Assembly (NCBI RefSeq): GCF_003704095.1
Contig: NW_020847747.1
Coordinates: 620,001 to 684,000, forward strand
DNA length: 64,000 bases
Direction of reading: 5' to 3'
DNA from: Pocillopora damicornis
Lineage: Eukaryota
The notes below the pieces were generated by a model, which had not been told where the DNA came from, searched no databases, and worked only from the letters and a program-made list of their open reading frames with translations. Made by a program: the position numbers and the translations under genes. Numbering within the stretch: the first letter of the stretch is position 1; every line of letters starts with the position of its first letter. Of the stretch, positions 39,501 to 54,500 are shown piece by piece.

Positions 39501-42500
39501 CATAAAGTGTGTTTGATATCTCCAATCAGCTGCTGACACGTCATTCGCCTTACACGCCACTTGGTCAGGTTAATGAACAAAGGGCAAAGACTTCACCATT
39601 CTCAATCCAGGGTCATTTGTTGTAATTTTTTTGAATTACGGCTGCTAAAACACTGGAAAATCTGTACCACTTACAGATGTTCAAACTTTCCAAGAAGGGG
39701 AAGAAAAGCAAAATACCAAAAGAAAAACGGAAGGTTACGTATTCAGTGGCTTTGGTTATGGCATTTCTCACAGCTGAGAATGAAAATGGACAACTGGAAG
39801 ATTTACCACAGGCTGATTCTAGCCATGTGCCTGAAAGATTTCTACTGTGGGTAAGGACCAAGTCAATAACTGAGAATTTTGAAAATTGAAAATTAGGCCA
39901 TTGTTTGTTTTTGTAGTGATTCAACGCATTTTTACATCTTGAGCCTTGGCACCAATGCACTTTATGGTTTTTATTCAGGGATTATCTATCCCTTTATTTT
40001 CATTCATTAATAAAGTTGACTCTTCTTGTTGTTAAAGGGCTTTTGTGTTGAAAATAATATATGGTTGCTTGTAGATATAAAGTTTCTCTTCTCACATTCA
40101 ACTTGACATCTCACTCGTATGCTGTGCTCAGTCATGAGCTATCATGTTAGACACTTGAAGAGAAATTCCATATCTATGCATGCCCATGTATTATTCTCTA
40201 TTTCTACTTGAAGAAAAGAAAGAGTGATTATGGCACATTGTTTACCTTGTGCTCCTTGTTCTTCAGTGTAAGTCCCAGGAGAGCATGGGTGAGCATTGGG
40301 GTCCCCAGTCTTGTCTGGACAGTAGTGCCCAGCTGGACAGAGTCTGTCAGCATATGCATCACCAGAAGGACAGTAGTATCCAGGTAAACAATCAACACAC
40401 TGGTCTTGTCGTTCAAGACCAATTTCCTTGTTGAAGGTACCTGCTGAACAAGGATGCTCAAACTGTGATTTTGTTCCTTCAGTGCACCAGTGACCAGGGG
40501 GGCATTTCAACCTGCAGATGTAAAATTTCAAGTCAAAATGCAAGGTAATGAAAGCTCTGCCAAACAGACATAACCTTGACTTCAGGTAGATTAAAAGTCA
40601 GTTATTTTTTTACTGCAGTACATTTAAAAGAAGTCACAGCTGATACTTAAAAAAAAGCTTCAGTAGTTCAGTTGGATTAAGAAATCTTGTTATTATACAT
40701 TCACCACACTCTAAAAGTTTGTCTTGCTTACAACCACTTGTAAGCCATTAGGCTAAAACTCAACCAAAAATTCTAATAGGTAATCTAGTGTTAACAACTG
40801 AGTTGAAAATGTAAATTGACCACTGTAAAGAGTTTAAAGGCTGACATTTCAAGCATTAGTCCTTTGCCATAGCAATTGGGGATCACTCTTTACCATGGTC
40901 AATTTATGACTTCAACTCAATTGTTAACACTAAATTACCTGATATACTCTCCCACCTACTGCAGCACTACAGTTTCTTTAGAAACTTACCCCTTTTATTC
41001 AGAAATTCTAATTTTTTTTTCCTTTTCTGGTTGATAAAGGTAATATGAGACTAGCTGGCTGAGGACCTGTTCTTAGGTGGGTTGCTAAAACTCTCCCAGT
41101 TGTGAAGTAATGGACCTAATTCAGAGGGCTTGTCACAGCTAACAATTATTGGTTAACATAAAGTGAATATTCCTGTTAATGTTGTTTGAAACACTAACCT
41201 ATGGGTGGGATAACCTCTTGTTCCTGCAGGGCAGAAAAAACCTGCAGGACAAGGTGGACAGCCCTCAGCTTCACTTGCTGCACCAGTGATATTACCAAAT
41301 GTACCAGCTGGACAGTCCACCTCACGAAGGCCATCTGGACAATAATGACCCAATGGACATAAGCCAGATGGAGGTGTGGGAATTATGTCTGATCCCTTGC
41401 AAGCATAACCAGCACTGCAGTCGGTGCATTCTGTGGCTGACTTGTTGCTGTATTTACCAGCAGGACATGGCATTGGAACTGAGTCTTTCTTGTTAACCTC
41501 ACAGAAATGACCAGCTGGGCACTCTATACAGCTGGTTGCTAAACCCAAACTGTATGATCCATCTGCACATGGAATGGGTGAGGATGTGATATTTGGACAA
41601 AAAGATCCACGTGGGCATTGAGTGCAAACCTAGGGGGAAAGAAATGACAGTTAAAAAAAATTTTCTCATGAGTTACTTTGTGCTGTGAAATGTTTGAAGT
41701 TTATTTAAAACTTGGCCATAAGAATATGAATGAAGACAATTGAACTTGCATAAAATGAAAATTCAAACATTTATAAACCTTCATCCACTTCATTTAAAAG
41801 TCTATTATACATAAGGGTGATAAATCAATTCCAAATTTTCCTCCTCACAAAATTTAACATTCAATGCTCTTTTATTCATAGAATGGATGTCCATCCTGGT
41901 AACCAGCCCTTTACTGATAACAATAATGATAGTGACAATGACCACCATCATGGAATACTGCTTTCACACATCCATCTAACTTGCGTGATGTTTCAAATCA
42001 ATATGAATGCTGCCGATATTATTGTAAAGTTTTGTTTATTATTTGTAAAAGTCTAGCAGTTCAGAAGCTTATGATAAAAGAGATTCCTTCTTCATTACAC
42101 CCTCATAGTAGTAGTAGTGCATGGTAGTAGTAGACTTTATATCAGTCTGGTTAGAGAAAGCAAAAAATAAGTAGCATCATGCAATTCTTATACCATCTGT
42201 TACACAAAACATCAACTTTTGACATTGTTTTATCAATCAGTTACTTGCTGTTAATCTGAAGCAATTCTAAATTTAGAACCAATCAAAACAATATATGTTG
42301 GAGTGCACCTTTGCTTCTTAAATTTGTTATTACTATTAATAGTATTTAATTGTTATGATTTACAGTTAAAGCATGGCTTAAACTTCTATGTTTAGATGCA
42401 GCTTATACTCACACCAGATTTGGCAGAAGGATATGAGCTACCATTTAATTCTCTGCCCCTCTGCTAGCAAAAGATAAAGTTGCATTTATAAAGCATCAGT

Positions 42501-45500
42501 CTACTTTGAAGCTGGTTAATGATGAAGTGTGATAAATTTATGCAGATTGTTTATTTTGGAACACAATTTGCACCAGAAAATTTTTTCTGAAATATCTTAT
42601 TTTTATTTATTTATTATTAACTTTGCCATACAACAACAATCTAAAAAAAACAAAATGAAAGAAAAAAAATGACAAATAATGGTAGGGATACCACAACAGC
42701 GTTGCCAATTACAGCGGGCTCTTAAAGGGGAACCAAAAATACAGCAATTCTCTCCAGTGGTAGGACGAAAGTAAATGAAATTATATATATACTTTAAATC
42801 CTTAAGAACGGGAAATGAATTTATGTATCATTGAAAGAAAGAGTAGTTTTACAACTGTACCATCAAGAACTTGAGGAATTCTATGGCTAACTAACATTAA
42901 AAAGATGAAAATTTGTTTGCACAAGCAATAATTCCACATTTATATCACCTTTATCCATCTTTATTTTAGTAGCAAATTTGTTTTGCCACAGAATTTGTGC
43001 CACATAAGTAAAATTATTGCTGAAGGAATTTATCTGAAACTATTTGGTTCATAAACAAACCTGTTCCCGCCCAAGAGTGTAATAACCTGCAGAGCATTGG
43101 ACTTTAAAGTCGTCTGTTTTGGATGGACAGGCATATCCAGGAGGACACTCAGTACAGTTTTGTTGTCCTCCCTTACTGTATGTTCCATCAGGACACTCTA
43201 TCTCCTTACTCTCTGTGGTGCTTGGACATTTATATCCTGGAGGGCACCATGTACATGACTACAAAATACAGGTTTGACAACATTTAGCAAAAGAGGAAAT
43301 ATGGTAAAGGTAGCTACTTAAAATAAATAGTGTATTATAAGACATAATAGGAAAAGTAATGGTAACAAAGCCCTGTGCAACAACAGAATAATAGAGGATG
43401 ACAACATACTGTTTGTGATCCAACTGAATATGTGCCTGGCAGACATGTAACAGTTTGATTTGTGTCTGTTCTTTGACAAGCCTGGCCAGCTGGACAAGGG
43501 ATGCAGTCTATCTGTCTGCCAATTGAATAAGTGCCCTTGAGTGAAAGAAAAGCAAGAAGAAATCATTGTGACTGGAACAAATTCTCCTCCAATCTAATAT
43601 CTAGCTGATTGATAAAGTTAATTAAAGTTAATTGTAGGCAATTGCTAACTGTAGGTAATCAAGTAGTGATACACTTTACAAATTTGAAATCTCTAGAGAT
43701 TTTGAAATGGCCATCAGCTACCAACAAAGCAATTTTCTGTGCTGATACTGGTTCAATGGTGTATAATGAAATAAATCATAGATACTCGGTTAAAACATAC
43801 TGGTAAGCATTTAACATTTCCTGTTCCATCTTTATTTGGACACATCCATCCACTGGGACATGAGGTACATTGCTCCTGGTTACCCCAAGAATATGTTCCA
43901 TCCTCACAGTTGATTTGTGTTGAGTTATTGGTGAATGGACAAAACTTTCCTACTGGGCAGACAGTACAAAACTGGTCGTTTCCATCAGAATATGATCCTA
44001 AACAAAAAGATAACAATGTTAAATTAAGTTGAGCTCACATGTGAACCAATAAATACTGTGGCTGACTTGTATGACATAAAATTTACAAGTTGATAGTCCA
44101 AAGTCTTTAGCTGAAATCATTCTGAAATACTTATTGACAAATATGCCTCCTGACATTCTACCACATACCACCTAAATCAAACATTAACTGCAATATTCAG
44201 AAAGAGTTCAGCCATTTTGCCAATATAATATTTTGATATCATACATGAGTCCCTTGGAGTACTATTGAGTGCACAATAATTTCTAGGAAAAAAATCAAAG
44301 AACAAACCTGGCTGGCATTGTCTTGTTGGTTTTTGTGAGGTTGAAGGACACTCCATACCTGCCGGACAGTTAGTACAAGACAGGCTGCCAGCAAGACTGT
44401 ACTGTCCAGGAAGACACTCAATGGGGTATGTCTGAGTAAAGAAAACATTCAATTCTCACCAACACTGAGCAATTTTTAGTACAGAATGTATTTGTTAAAG
44501 GATAACCTAATGCAATCAACTACTATGGAGCAAAGAATTTAACTCAGGCATGTCTGAGGGCATGAACACCACATGAACACCACTTGGAATTTGATTTAGT
44601 GCAAGATCTCTCTGTACCAACCTTTGCACAAGATTATTATTTTAAATTATTAGTATTTGGACATTAACTGGTAACAGAATGAATTCCAGTGTAGTGTTGT
44701 TCTAACACAGAAAATTCATTGTTTAATCTATGAAAACTTACATTGGTTGTTGGACACTTGTGACCAGCCGGACATTCCAAACATCGCACTGACTTGCCAA
44801 TGCTGTAAGTTCCATTCATACAAGCTGTTGCATTTGACCTAAAATACACATTTGAAACAAATTCAGAGATATGTCTTTCAACACCTTCTTCCCTTTTTTC
44901 CATCAAAATCTACTCCTTCTTTTAATCAATGTACAAACCAGTTCTACCAAGATTGTTTTACACCTTGAAGAAATACTTGCTTATCTCCTTATTCTTATTG
45001 GTAATGTACTGCACTGTTCAGTAAGACCCACACCTTAATGTTAGTTACTCACTCTGGGTTTGGACACTTAAATCCAGCAGGACAGTCACTACAAATTTCC
45101 TTTCCACTCTCTCCAAATGTTGTGGTGCCAAGTGAACACCGAACAGCCCTCTGCTTGGTGGATGGGCACATGTATCCAATTGGACATACTGTACAGTTTG
45201 CATGTCCTCGCAAGGAGAACTCTCCATTGGAACATGGAGAGGGAGTGGAACTTGGAAATGGGCAGCTATAACCAGCAGGGCAATGTTTGCAAGATGTTGC
45301 ACCCTAACACAAGGCAAAAAGAACACACTCATGATCATGGTTTCCATTTCTTTACAGAACCAACAAGACCATTAAAACAACAACACACTCAGATAAGGAC
45401 TCTACTGAGCTACAGTGTAGGACATCTTTCATCCAAATCCATTGCTGTAGAGCATCTTGTTTCAGCAAGTGCCCTATTCAGTACTTTATTCTTACCAGTG

Positions 45501-48500
45501 CACTTAGGCACAGAAGAGCCAGAGAAATGTTTCTTAAACTAATAGCTACTAACCTTTTGGCTGTAGGTACCAACAGGACAGTGTTTTGGTGCCTGAGCAG
45601 GATCAGTACATGCCTGTCCAGCCTCACACTCTGTACACAATGCATTTCCTTGAAGTGAGTAGTAACCTGGCATACAAGGCACTGGAGGCTGAGTCACATT
45701 AGTACAGCTGTAGCCAGCAGGACATGGAGCACATCGTGGGATCTGTGATGTACAACCAGATAAACAACTTATACAGCAAAACAACATTGCAAAATACACT
45801 ACAGTCACACATGCCCTTCTTAGCACCTAAAACACAAGTATTTAAGTGTTGCAAGAGAATTGTATAACTGATCCTTAATCTCTTGTTGTACCCTAAATCA
45901 AACCCCAACCATTTATTTTGTGTGTGTTGAAAGACATGTAGGAGCCAAAAACCCAGCGATATGTTGGATGAGCTTTTTGTTCCTGTCTTGGCTTTTAAAA
46001 ATTTTAACAGCTTAAGTGATGATACCTCTCCACCGTTGTTCCAGTATTCTGAAGAGGTGCATGCTACTGGAGTCTGGCTGGGATCATTACATGAGTGTCC
46101 TGCAGGACAAGGAGAACAAAATGATGCCCCTGTGTTAGAATAGGTTCCAAGTGGACATGCATGACAAATGCCAACTCCAGGTGGACTATATGTTCCTCGA
46201 TGACACTCTGTTGGAGATATTGGATCAGAACCATTTATACATGACCGTCCTGCTGGGCAGATAAGGCAAGAAGATGCTCCACCAAGGCTGTATCTACCAT
46301 CTGGACATTTCTGTTGGGACACCCAGAAAATATTTCAGCTAACAAATAACAAATATCATGATGTGAGCTTTGCTTAGTACTTCAAAAGTTGGTCTTATTT
46401 AATAAATGACAAACAGTTTTTGGCCCCCTTACAACATAGTTGAGAAACATACTTACAGTACATGTTACTTGTCCAGATATACTGTATTCTCCAGCAGAGC
46501 ATGGAACTGGTGAGTTGGATGGATTTAGGCAGGAATGTCCGGCATCACACACTTTGCAGCTAACTGCTCCTGTTTCATCAGAGTAGGTACCATCAGGACA
46601 GGGTTGAGGAACATTTGTAGGAGATGGACAATAATGGCCAACATTACATGGAATACAGTGAGAGCCATTACTGTAAGTTCCAACCTAGGAAAAAAAATTA
46701 AAATTGTCATCTAAGTGAGGATCTACAGCAGTTGAAGAGAAAACTTTCCCTTTTGTACATGTAGCTCTGCAAACAAATAGCCTTGTGAATCGAAACAGAA
46801 ATTAAAACTTTCTACACTCACACTGCATGTGACTGGTGGGAGTGCAGGATCTGAACAGATTTTCCCAGCTGGGCATGTAAGACATTCTGTAGAGGCCTCT
46901 GGGGAATACTGCAATAAAATCAGCAGTAATAAGCATTGTATTCCACTAGCTGTGTGAAAAAAACCACTAGTAACAGGCACAATACCGCTGGACATCACCA
47001 ATTTTTACCACCTGTGCACCCTGCTACAAGATTTCATGTTATACTAAAAAATCATTTGTCCTTCTTACAACCTTTCCATCTGTGTTCTAATTGTTTTTTT
47101 TAATGATTGTAGGAATGGTGTTATTTAGTTTACAATAAAGATAGGGCTGTGGTGATCAGCCTGACAGAGCTACTGACAGTGGTGTGTGAAAATTCTTCTA
47201 ACCAACATATCAGTGGTGGTGCTATTAAAAACAATGGTATTGATAATGATGAAGAGAAGTCCAAAAGATGGAGGACCAAAATAATGATGATCACTGCAGC
47301 AAAAAGAGCATGAAAGTAACCACTCAAATAAAACATTGTACATACCTGGCCAAAAACACATTGAACTGGTGAGCTGTCTCTCAGGGGACAGCGGCTTCCA
47401 GCAGGACACACCTCACAAGTTGACTGCCCTGTTGTTTCAGAATAGTATCCTGGTGCACACTGTAAGAACAAACACAAAATTAAATTTTTCTCAGCTCAAG
47501 GTGATACAGTTAATAAATCAGCTGCTCAAGGACACTTAATTTTTTTAAAAAGAGATAAAAGCAAACATTAATTTGGGTAACAACACATCACTTCAGAAAA
47601 AAACCTGTGGGCTCCGAGCTAAAAGTCACTGATAGACAATGTACAACATTTCATTCTAGCCAAATGATTTGAGTGTAAGATTACAGGGCAGTTTTTTAAT
47701 ACATTGCAAATATCGTATGTAACTATGCTTATTCAATTACAAGTCTCGTTTTTATTTACCTGAGAACAGGCTGTTTGACCCCTTACTGCACTAAAATAAC
47801 CAGCAGGGCACTCTGTTGGAGACAGACTAGGGTCTGGGCACTTGTGACCTGTTAAGAAAGTCAAAGGTGGATCAATTTTTTTTTTGGACAAATCAAACTG
47901 TAAGAACAGTTTATCTTAATTTATAAGTGAAAGATCTACCAGTAATGATAAAAGTCCAAATCAGTAAGTAAAGTGAAAATTCAGATAAGAACATCAAAAA
48001 AATCAGAGCTAGTGGTCTAACCTGCACTACTACCTGATTTACTCATAAATACTAAAACTAAATGCCAACACATTATTTATTTAAAAAAAACTTGATACCT
48101 CTTTCACATTCCTCACAGCTCTCGGATTTAGTTTCATTTGCATAAAATCCAGAAGGACAAGGTTGTGGACTGGCAGTGATCAAAAGAGGACAATAAAATC
48201 CTACAGGACATACATGACATGACATGCTTGCTTCAGAAGCATAATATCCTCTTCCACATGGCACAGGGGCCTCACTCTTAACAGTGCACCTGATGAAAGT
48301 ATTAAGGATTAAGTCATATAATGATTACATATTACAATTGTACACACTGCTAATATGCAGATGAACTTATTACTGGTAAACAAACAAAAGTAAGTTACGG
48401 TAGCAAGTAAAATGTTAATTAAAAACACAGAATTAAACTTATTTGGGTTTAAATCCTCTGTGAGTCTTTATCTTCTATCCAGGTGTTTGGCAAGAATAGT

Positions 48501-51500
48501 AAATGCTTGAATACTTTGAAGAGACACATTAAAAAACATATACTATAAAACACATAATACTGTACTAGTACTAAGTACAAAGTATCTAAAGTATAACAAG
48601 GACAAACATTTAGAGACAAAAATCTCCAGCATTCTCCTGCACCAACCAGATGAATGAATGAATGAATAAACAATAGGAACCTTGTATAAATGAGCTGTTG
48701 AAAAAATATGATGATATAGCCAGCAGGTGATTCTATTGACTACAGGATGAAACTGATTGGTGTAGAGATCCCAGTGATAAACCCTTAAAAAATCTACCAA
48801 CATCATCTGATGATATGAATGCAGTAAGTAATCAACACATTTACTGGTATCTAGCACTGAGGAGTCAAAATGTAAAGAAGAACATTTACAAATGCATGGA
48901 TGAAGGATTCTTAGACCAGATTGTAGCTTCATCTGTGTACCAACTGGCCATCTCTATCATAAGAATGAAGAATAGGTGAAGATGCCAGTGGAAAGTTAGT
49001 ATCTGTCAACTGTAGATGTTGGTTGTATCCCATGAATGAATGACCAGATCAATGCATGGATTGATGCATGGATTGATTATTGCAATAACCTCACCTATGA
49101 CCCTCTGGACACAAAATACAGTATTGCGCACCAGTTGTGTTACTGTATGTTCCATTAGCACATTCTTCTGGTGCTTCCATTCCAACACTTGGACAATAGA
49201 AGCCACCTGGACACACTTTACAATCACTCAGACTTTCAGCATCTGAGTAAGTTCCATTAGGGCATAGAAAATATGTAGAAAGTCTTTTGGTTGGACATGA
49301 AGCTCCTTTGGGACAAGGTTGACATTCAATGCTCCCTGCTGCAGCATATGAACCAGCTGAACATTCAACAGGGGCTGTTTTATTAGGACAACTAAAACCC
49401 CAAAGATGAACATTATGAGGAAACATAAAAAGAAAAGAGTAAGCCTAATCACCACAGTATTACTGATTAAATGTATAACTAAAGACTGTATACATTACAG
49501 ATTAAAAATTCAATTTTAAGTAAGTTTCACCTTCAATTTAATTCAGGCATTTGGGCAAGAATAACAAATGTTTGAAGAAACATATTGAAAACAAATCACT
49601 GTACTGTTACTGGTATTGAGTGCTGAGCATGAAGCATCTTAAGAGGGACAGATTTTAGAAGATAGAAATCTCCTGCAGGTCCCAGTACCAATCAGATAAA
49701 TGAATGAATGAAAGCATGAATGATGTCAACCTCATATGAATGAACTGTTGGGAAAATATGATGACAAAGTCAGCATGTTCTTGCATTGAATAGTTGATAT
49801 GATTGACCTCTGTATCAATCACATTGATAAACTGCTAAAAAAATCTGCCAATATCATGAAATGATATGATTGTAGTAGCCAACACAGAGAAGTTGAAATG
49901 TAAAGAAGAACAAACAAATGCATGGATGAAGGATTCTTAGACCAGATTGTAGCTTCATCTTTGTACCAACTGGCCATCTCTATCATAAGAGTGAAGAATA
50001 GGTGAAGATGCCAGTGGAAAGTTAGGTGGTATTAGTCAACTGTAGATGTTGGTTGTATCCCATGAATGAGTGACCAGATCAATGCATGGATTGATGCATG
50101 GATTGATTATTGCAATAACCTCACCTATGACCCTCTGGACACAAAATACAGTATTGCACACCAGTTGTGTAACTGTATGTTCCATTAGCACATTCTTCTG
50201 GTGCTTCCATTCCAACACTTGGACAATAGAAGCCAGCTGGACACACTTTACAATCACTCAGACTTTCAGAATCTGAGTAAGTCCCATTAGGGCATAGAAA
50301 ATATGTAGAAAGTCCTTTAGTTGGACATGAAGCTCCTTTGGGACAAGGTTGACATTCAATGCTCCCTGCTATAGCATATGAACCAGTTGAACACTCCACA
50401 GGGGCTGTTTTATTTGGACAACTAAAATCATAAGGAAAAACATTCAAAAATAGAATCGAATGAAGGGAGGATGTTGCTTTATAACTACAGTATTACAGAT
50501 TTATGCATAACAACAACTATAAACATGACAACTAAAAATTCAATTTTAAAAGTCAGTTTCACCTTCTATCCAGGTGTTTGGGTGAGCACAACAATTGCTA
50601 TTAAAGTTTGGAGAGACATATTTACAAATAAAAACATATGACTGTACAATTAATAGAACTGAGTATTTAGCATCTTAACAGGGACAAACTTTTAAAAAGA
50701 CAAATCTCAACCAAATCCTGCTACCAACCAGATGAATGAATGAATGATGTAAAAGTTGTATAAATGAGCTGTTGAAAAAATCTGATGATATAGCCCACAG
50801 GTGATTCCATTGACTAGAGGATAAAATTCATAGGTGTAGAGATCACACTGATGAACTGTTAAAAAATTTGCCAATATCATCAGATGATATGAACGCAGTA
50901 TGTAATCAACACATTTACTGGTATCCAACGCTAAGAAGTCAATGTAGCCAACACAGAGGAGTTGAAATGTAAAGAAGAAAAAACAAATGCATAGATGAAG
51001 GATTCTTTGACCAGATTGTAGCTTCATCTGTGTACCAATTGGCTATCTTTATCATAAGAGTGAAGAATAGATGAAGACGCCAATGGAAAGTTAGGTGGCA
51101 TCTGTCAACTGTACGTGTTGGTTGTATTCCATGAATAAGTGACCACATCAATGCATGGATCAACGCATGGATCAACGCATGGATTGATTGTTGCAATAAC
51201 CTCACCTATGACCCTCTGGACACAAAATACAATATTGTGCACCAGTTGCATAACTGTATGTTCCATTAGCACATTCTTCTGGTGCTTCCATTCCAACACT
51301 TGGACAATAGAAGCCAGCTGGACACACTTTACAATCACTCAGACTTTCAGCATCTGAGTAGGTTCCATTAGAGCATAAAAAATAATTAGAGAGTCCATTG
51401 GTTGGACATGAAGCTCCTTTGGGACAAGGTTGACATTTAATGCTTGCTGCTGCAGCATATGAACCAGCTGAACATTCCACAAGAGCTGTTTTATCTGGAC

Positions 51501-54500
51501 AACTAAAACCCCCAGAAAAAGGCACAAAGAGAAAAATAGAAGAAAAAGAAGAGTTTGGCTGATAACCTGAGTATAATTTACAGATATAATGTATAGCCAT
51601 AAACTAAAATATATTACCAATCAAAAAATTATTTACAAAGTCAGTACAGATTGAATATATAACCAATATGTAAACTATAATAAATAAAACCTGAATGTGC
51701 AAATTCAGATTCACCAGGTTTTCTGGCAAGAATAACAAATTTTGAGATATTTACAAACATTGCTACTAAATCCTGCTACCAACCATATCAATAAACGAAA
51801 ACATGAATGATATGAACATTTCAAAATGAACTGTTGAAAAATCTGATGACATAGCCAGCATATCCTTGTATTGTGTAAGAATATGATTTAATGGTGTAGA
51901 AATCATACTAAGAAACTCACGAAAAACCTACCAATATCAACAGATAATATAAATGCAGTATGCAGTCATCACATTTACTGGAATACAGCACAGAAAAGTC
52001 AAAATGTAAAGAAGAACAAACAAATGCATGGATGAAGGATTCTTAGAGCAGATGGTAACTTCATCTGTTACCAACTGGCCATCTTTATCATAAGAATGAA
52101 GAATAGATGAAGATGCCAATGGAAAGTTAGGTGGTATTAGTCAACTGTAGATGTTGCTTGTATCCCATGAATGAGTGACCAGATCAATGCATGGATTGAT
52201 AAATTGCAATAGCCTCACCTATGACCCTCTGGACACAAAATACAATATCGAGCACCAGTTGTGTTACTGTATGTTCCATTAGCACATTCTTCTGGTGCTT
52301 CCATTCCAACACTTGGACACTGGAAGCCAGCTGGACACACTTTACAATCACTCAGACTTTCAGCATCTGAGTAAGTCCCATTAGAGCATAGAAAATATGT
52401 AGAAAGTCCTTTAGTTGGACATGAAGCTCCCTTGGGACAAGGTTGACATTCAGTGCTCCCTGCTGCAGTATATGAACCAGCTGAACATTCCACAGGAGCT
52501 GTTTTATTCAGACAACTAAAATCACAAGGAATAAACATTAAGAAATAGAATCGAATAAAATGTGGAGTTTGGCTTATAACCACAGCACTACAGATGCATA
52601 ACCAAAAGCTATAAATTTGCAAATGAAAATGTGTTTAATTTTAAAGTGAGTTTCTAAGTGAAGCTGATGGTTTACACTGATCCTTTTCATAAAAGATACA
52701 ATAACCAAATCACATCACAAACAAAACTTTCCAATTATGTTATTAACAGACTAGTGAATAACTGAGTGTCATAACTTTATTCTGAAGCAACAACAAGTGC
52801 ATCCATGGAAGAAACTGTATTCTTTTATAAAAACATGTTCTCTATCTCTTTCCTAATTGTTGACAATAACTAACATGCTTCTTTCGAATATCCCAAATGA
52901 GAAGATGAGATGATGCCCCATATGGATGACAAAAAACATATCTGACTCTCCAGCATGCATGAATATTTACTATGACTGAGAATTATATATAAAAGGTAGG
53001 GTCACTTAAAAGTATTCTGGTGTCCAATCAAAACATGTATACATATATTCTAAATGTTACATACATGACCATGATCAGTTTGGTAAAAGTTAAAATTTGC
53101 CCAATCTCAATGCTACATACATGATTTTTTTTTTTAATAGAGAAATCTTGTGTATAAACAAACCCTCACCTATGACCCTCTGGACACAAAATACAATATC
53201 GAGCACCAGTTGTGTTACTGTATGTTCCATTAGCACATTCTTCTGGTGCTTCCATTCCAACACTTGGACACTGGAAGCCAGCTGGACACACTTTACAATC
53301 ACTCAGACTTTCAGCATCTGAGTAAGTTCCATTTGAACATAGTACATATGTAGAAAGCCCTTTGGTTGGACATGAAGCTCCTTTGGGACATGGTTGACAT
53401 TCAATGCTCCCTGATGCAGCATATGAACCAGCTGAACATTCCACAGGAGCTGTTTTATTTGGGCAACTGAAATGGCCANNNNNNNNNNNNNNNNNNNNNN
53501 NNNNNNNNNNNNNNNNNNNNNNNNNNNNNNNNNNNNNNNNNNNNNNNNNNNNNNNNNNNNNNNNNNNNNNNNNNNNNNGATGATGATGATGATGATGCTG
53601 ATGATGATGATGAGAAAAATAATGACGATGATGAGGACGACAATGACAACGAATCATAAGTTGATAATGTCTTGATGTGGATCAATCACATGAAAGGAAG
53701 TGCTCATTAAAGGCCCAACAGCTCACCTATGACCCTCTGGACACAAAATACAATATCGAGCACCAGTTGTGTTACTGTATGTTCCATCAGCACATTCTTC
53801 TGGTGCTTCCATTCCAACACTTGGACACTGGAAGCCAGCTGGACACACTTTACAATCACTCAGACTGTCAGCATCTGAGTAAGTTCCATTTGAACATAGC
53901 ACATATGTAGAAAGTCCTTTGGTTGGACATGAAGCTCCTTTGGGACAAGGTTGACATTTAATGCTCCCTGCTGCAGCATACAAACCAGCTAAACATTCCT
54001 CTGGAGCTGTTTTATTTGGGCAACTGAAATGGCCAGGTATTGAGATTTGTCATAAAATTGTTTAAAAAAATGTATCTGTGAATTTAGTCAACACTTGCAA
54101 GTGGTGCTTCATTGGTGAAATTAGATGTTTAGTGAGGTGATAGGTTTCTTGGTCATGATCTTCTGTGCCAACACAAAGAATTTGCATGTGGTTCTTTGGT
54201 AGAGGTACATCAGAGATGGTGCCCTGAACTTTACAAAACCATGAGTGCATCTAACTGCCCAATGTTAAAAGCCATCCAAAGAATATAGAAAACTGGATTG
54301 ATTATTGGAAGATTAGTTAAAGGTAACAACCTTATCATAAAGACCAACAAGAATGATGCTAATTAATAACACAGTGGTATGCATTGGTGCTGGTGTGATG
54401 AACTCCACATACTGACATATGTCTCCAAGTGAAAGGTGTATTGTTGTTTTCTGTTCTGAAAAGGTGGCATCTGTGAACTGTATGTGTTGATTGCACCATG

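Noticed and set aside
53455-53685. Poly-His, poly-Ser or poly-Met ORFs
   Set aside because: These are translations of a GAT microsatellite running into an N gap, within an intron.
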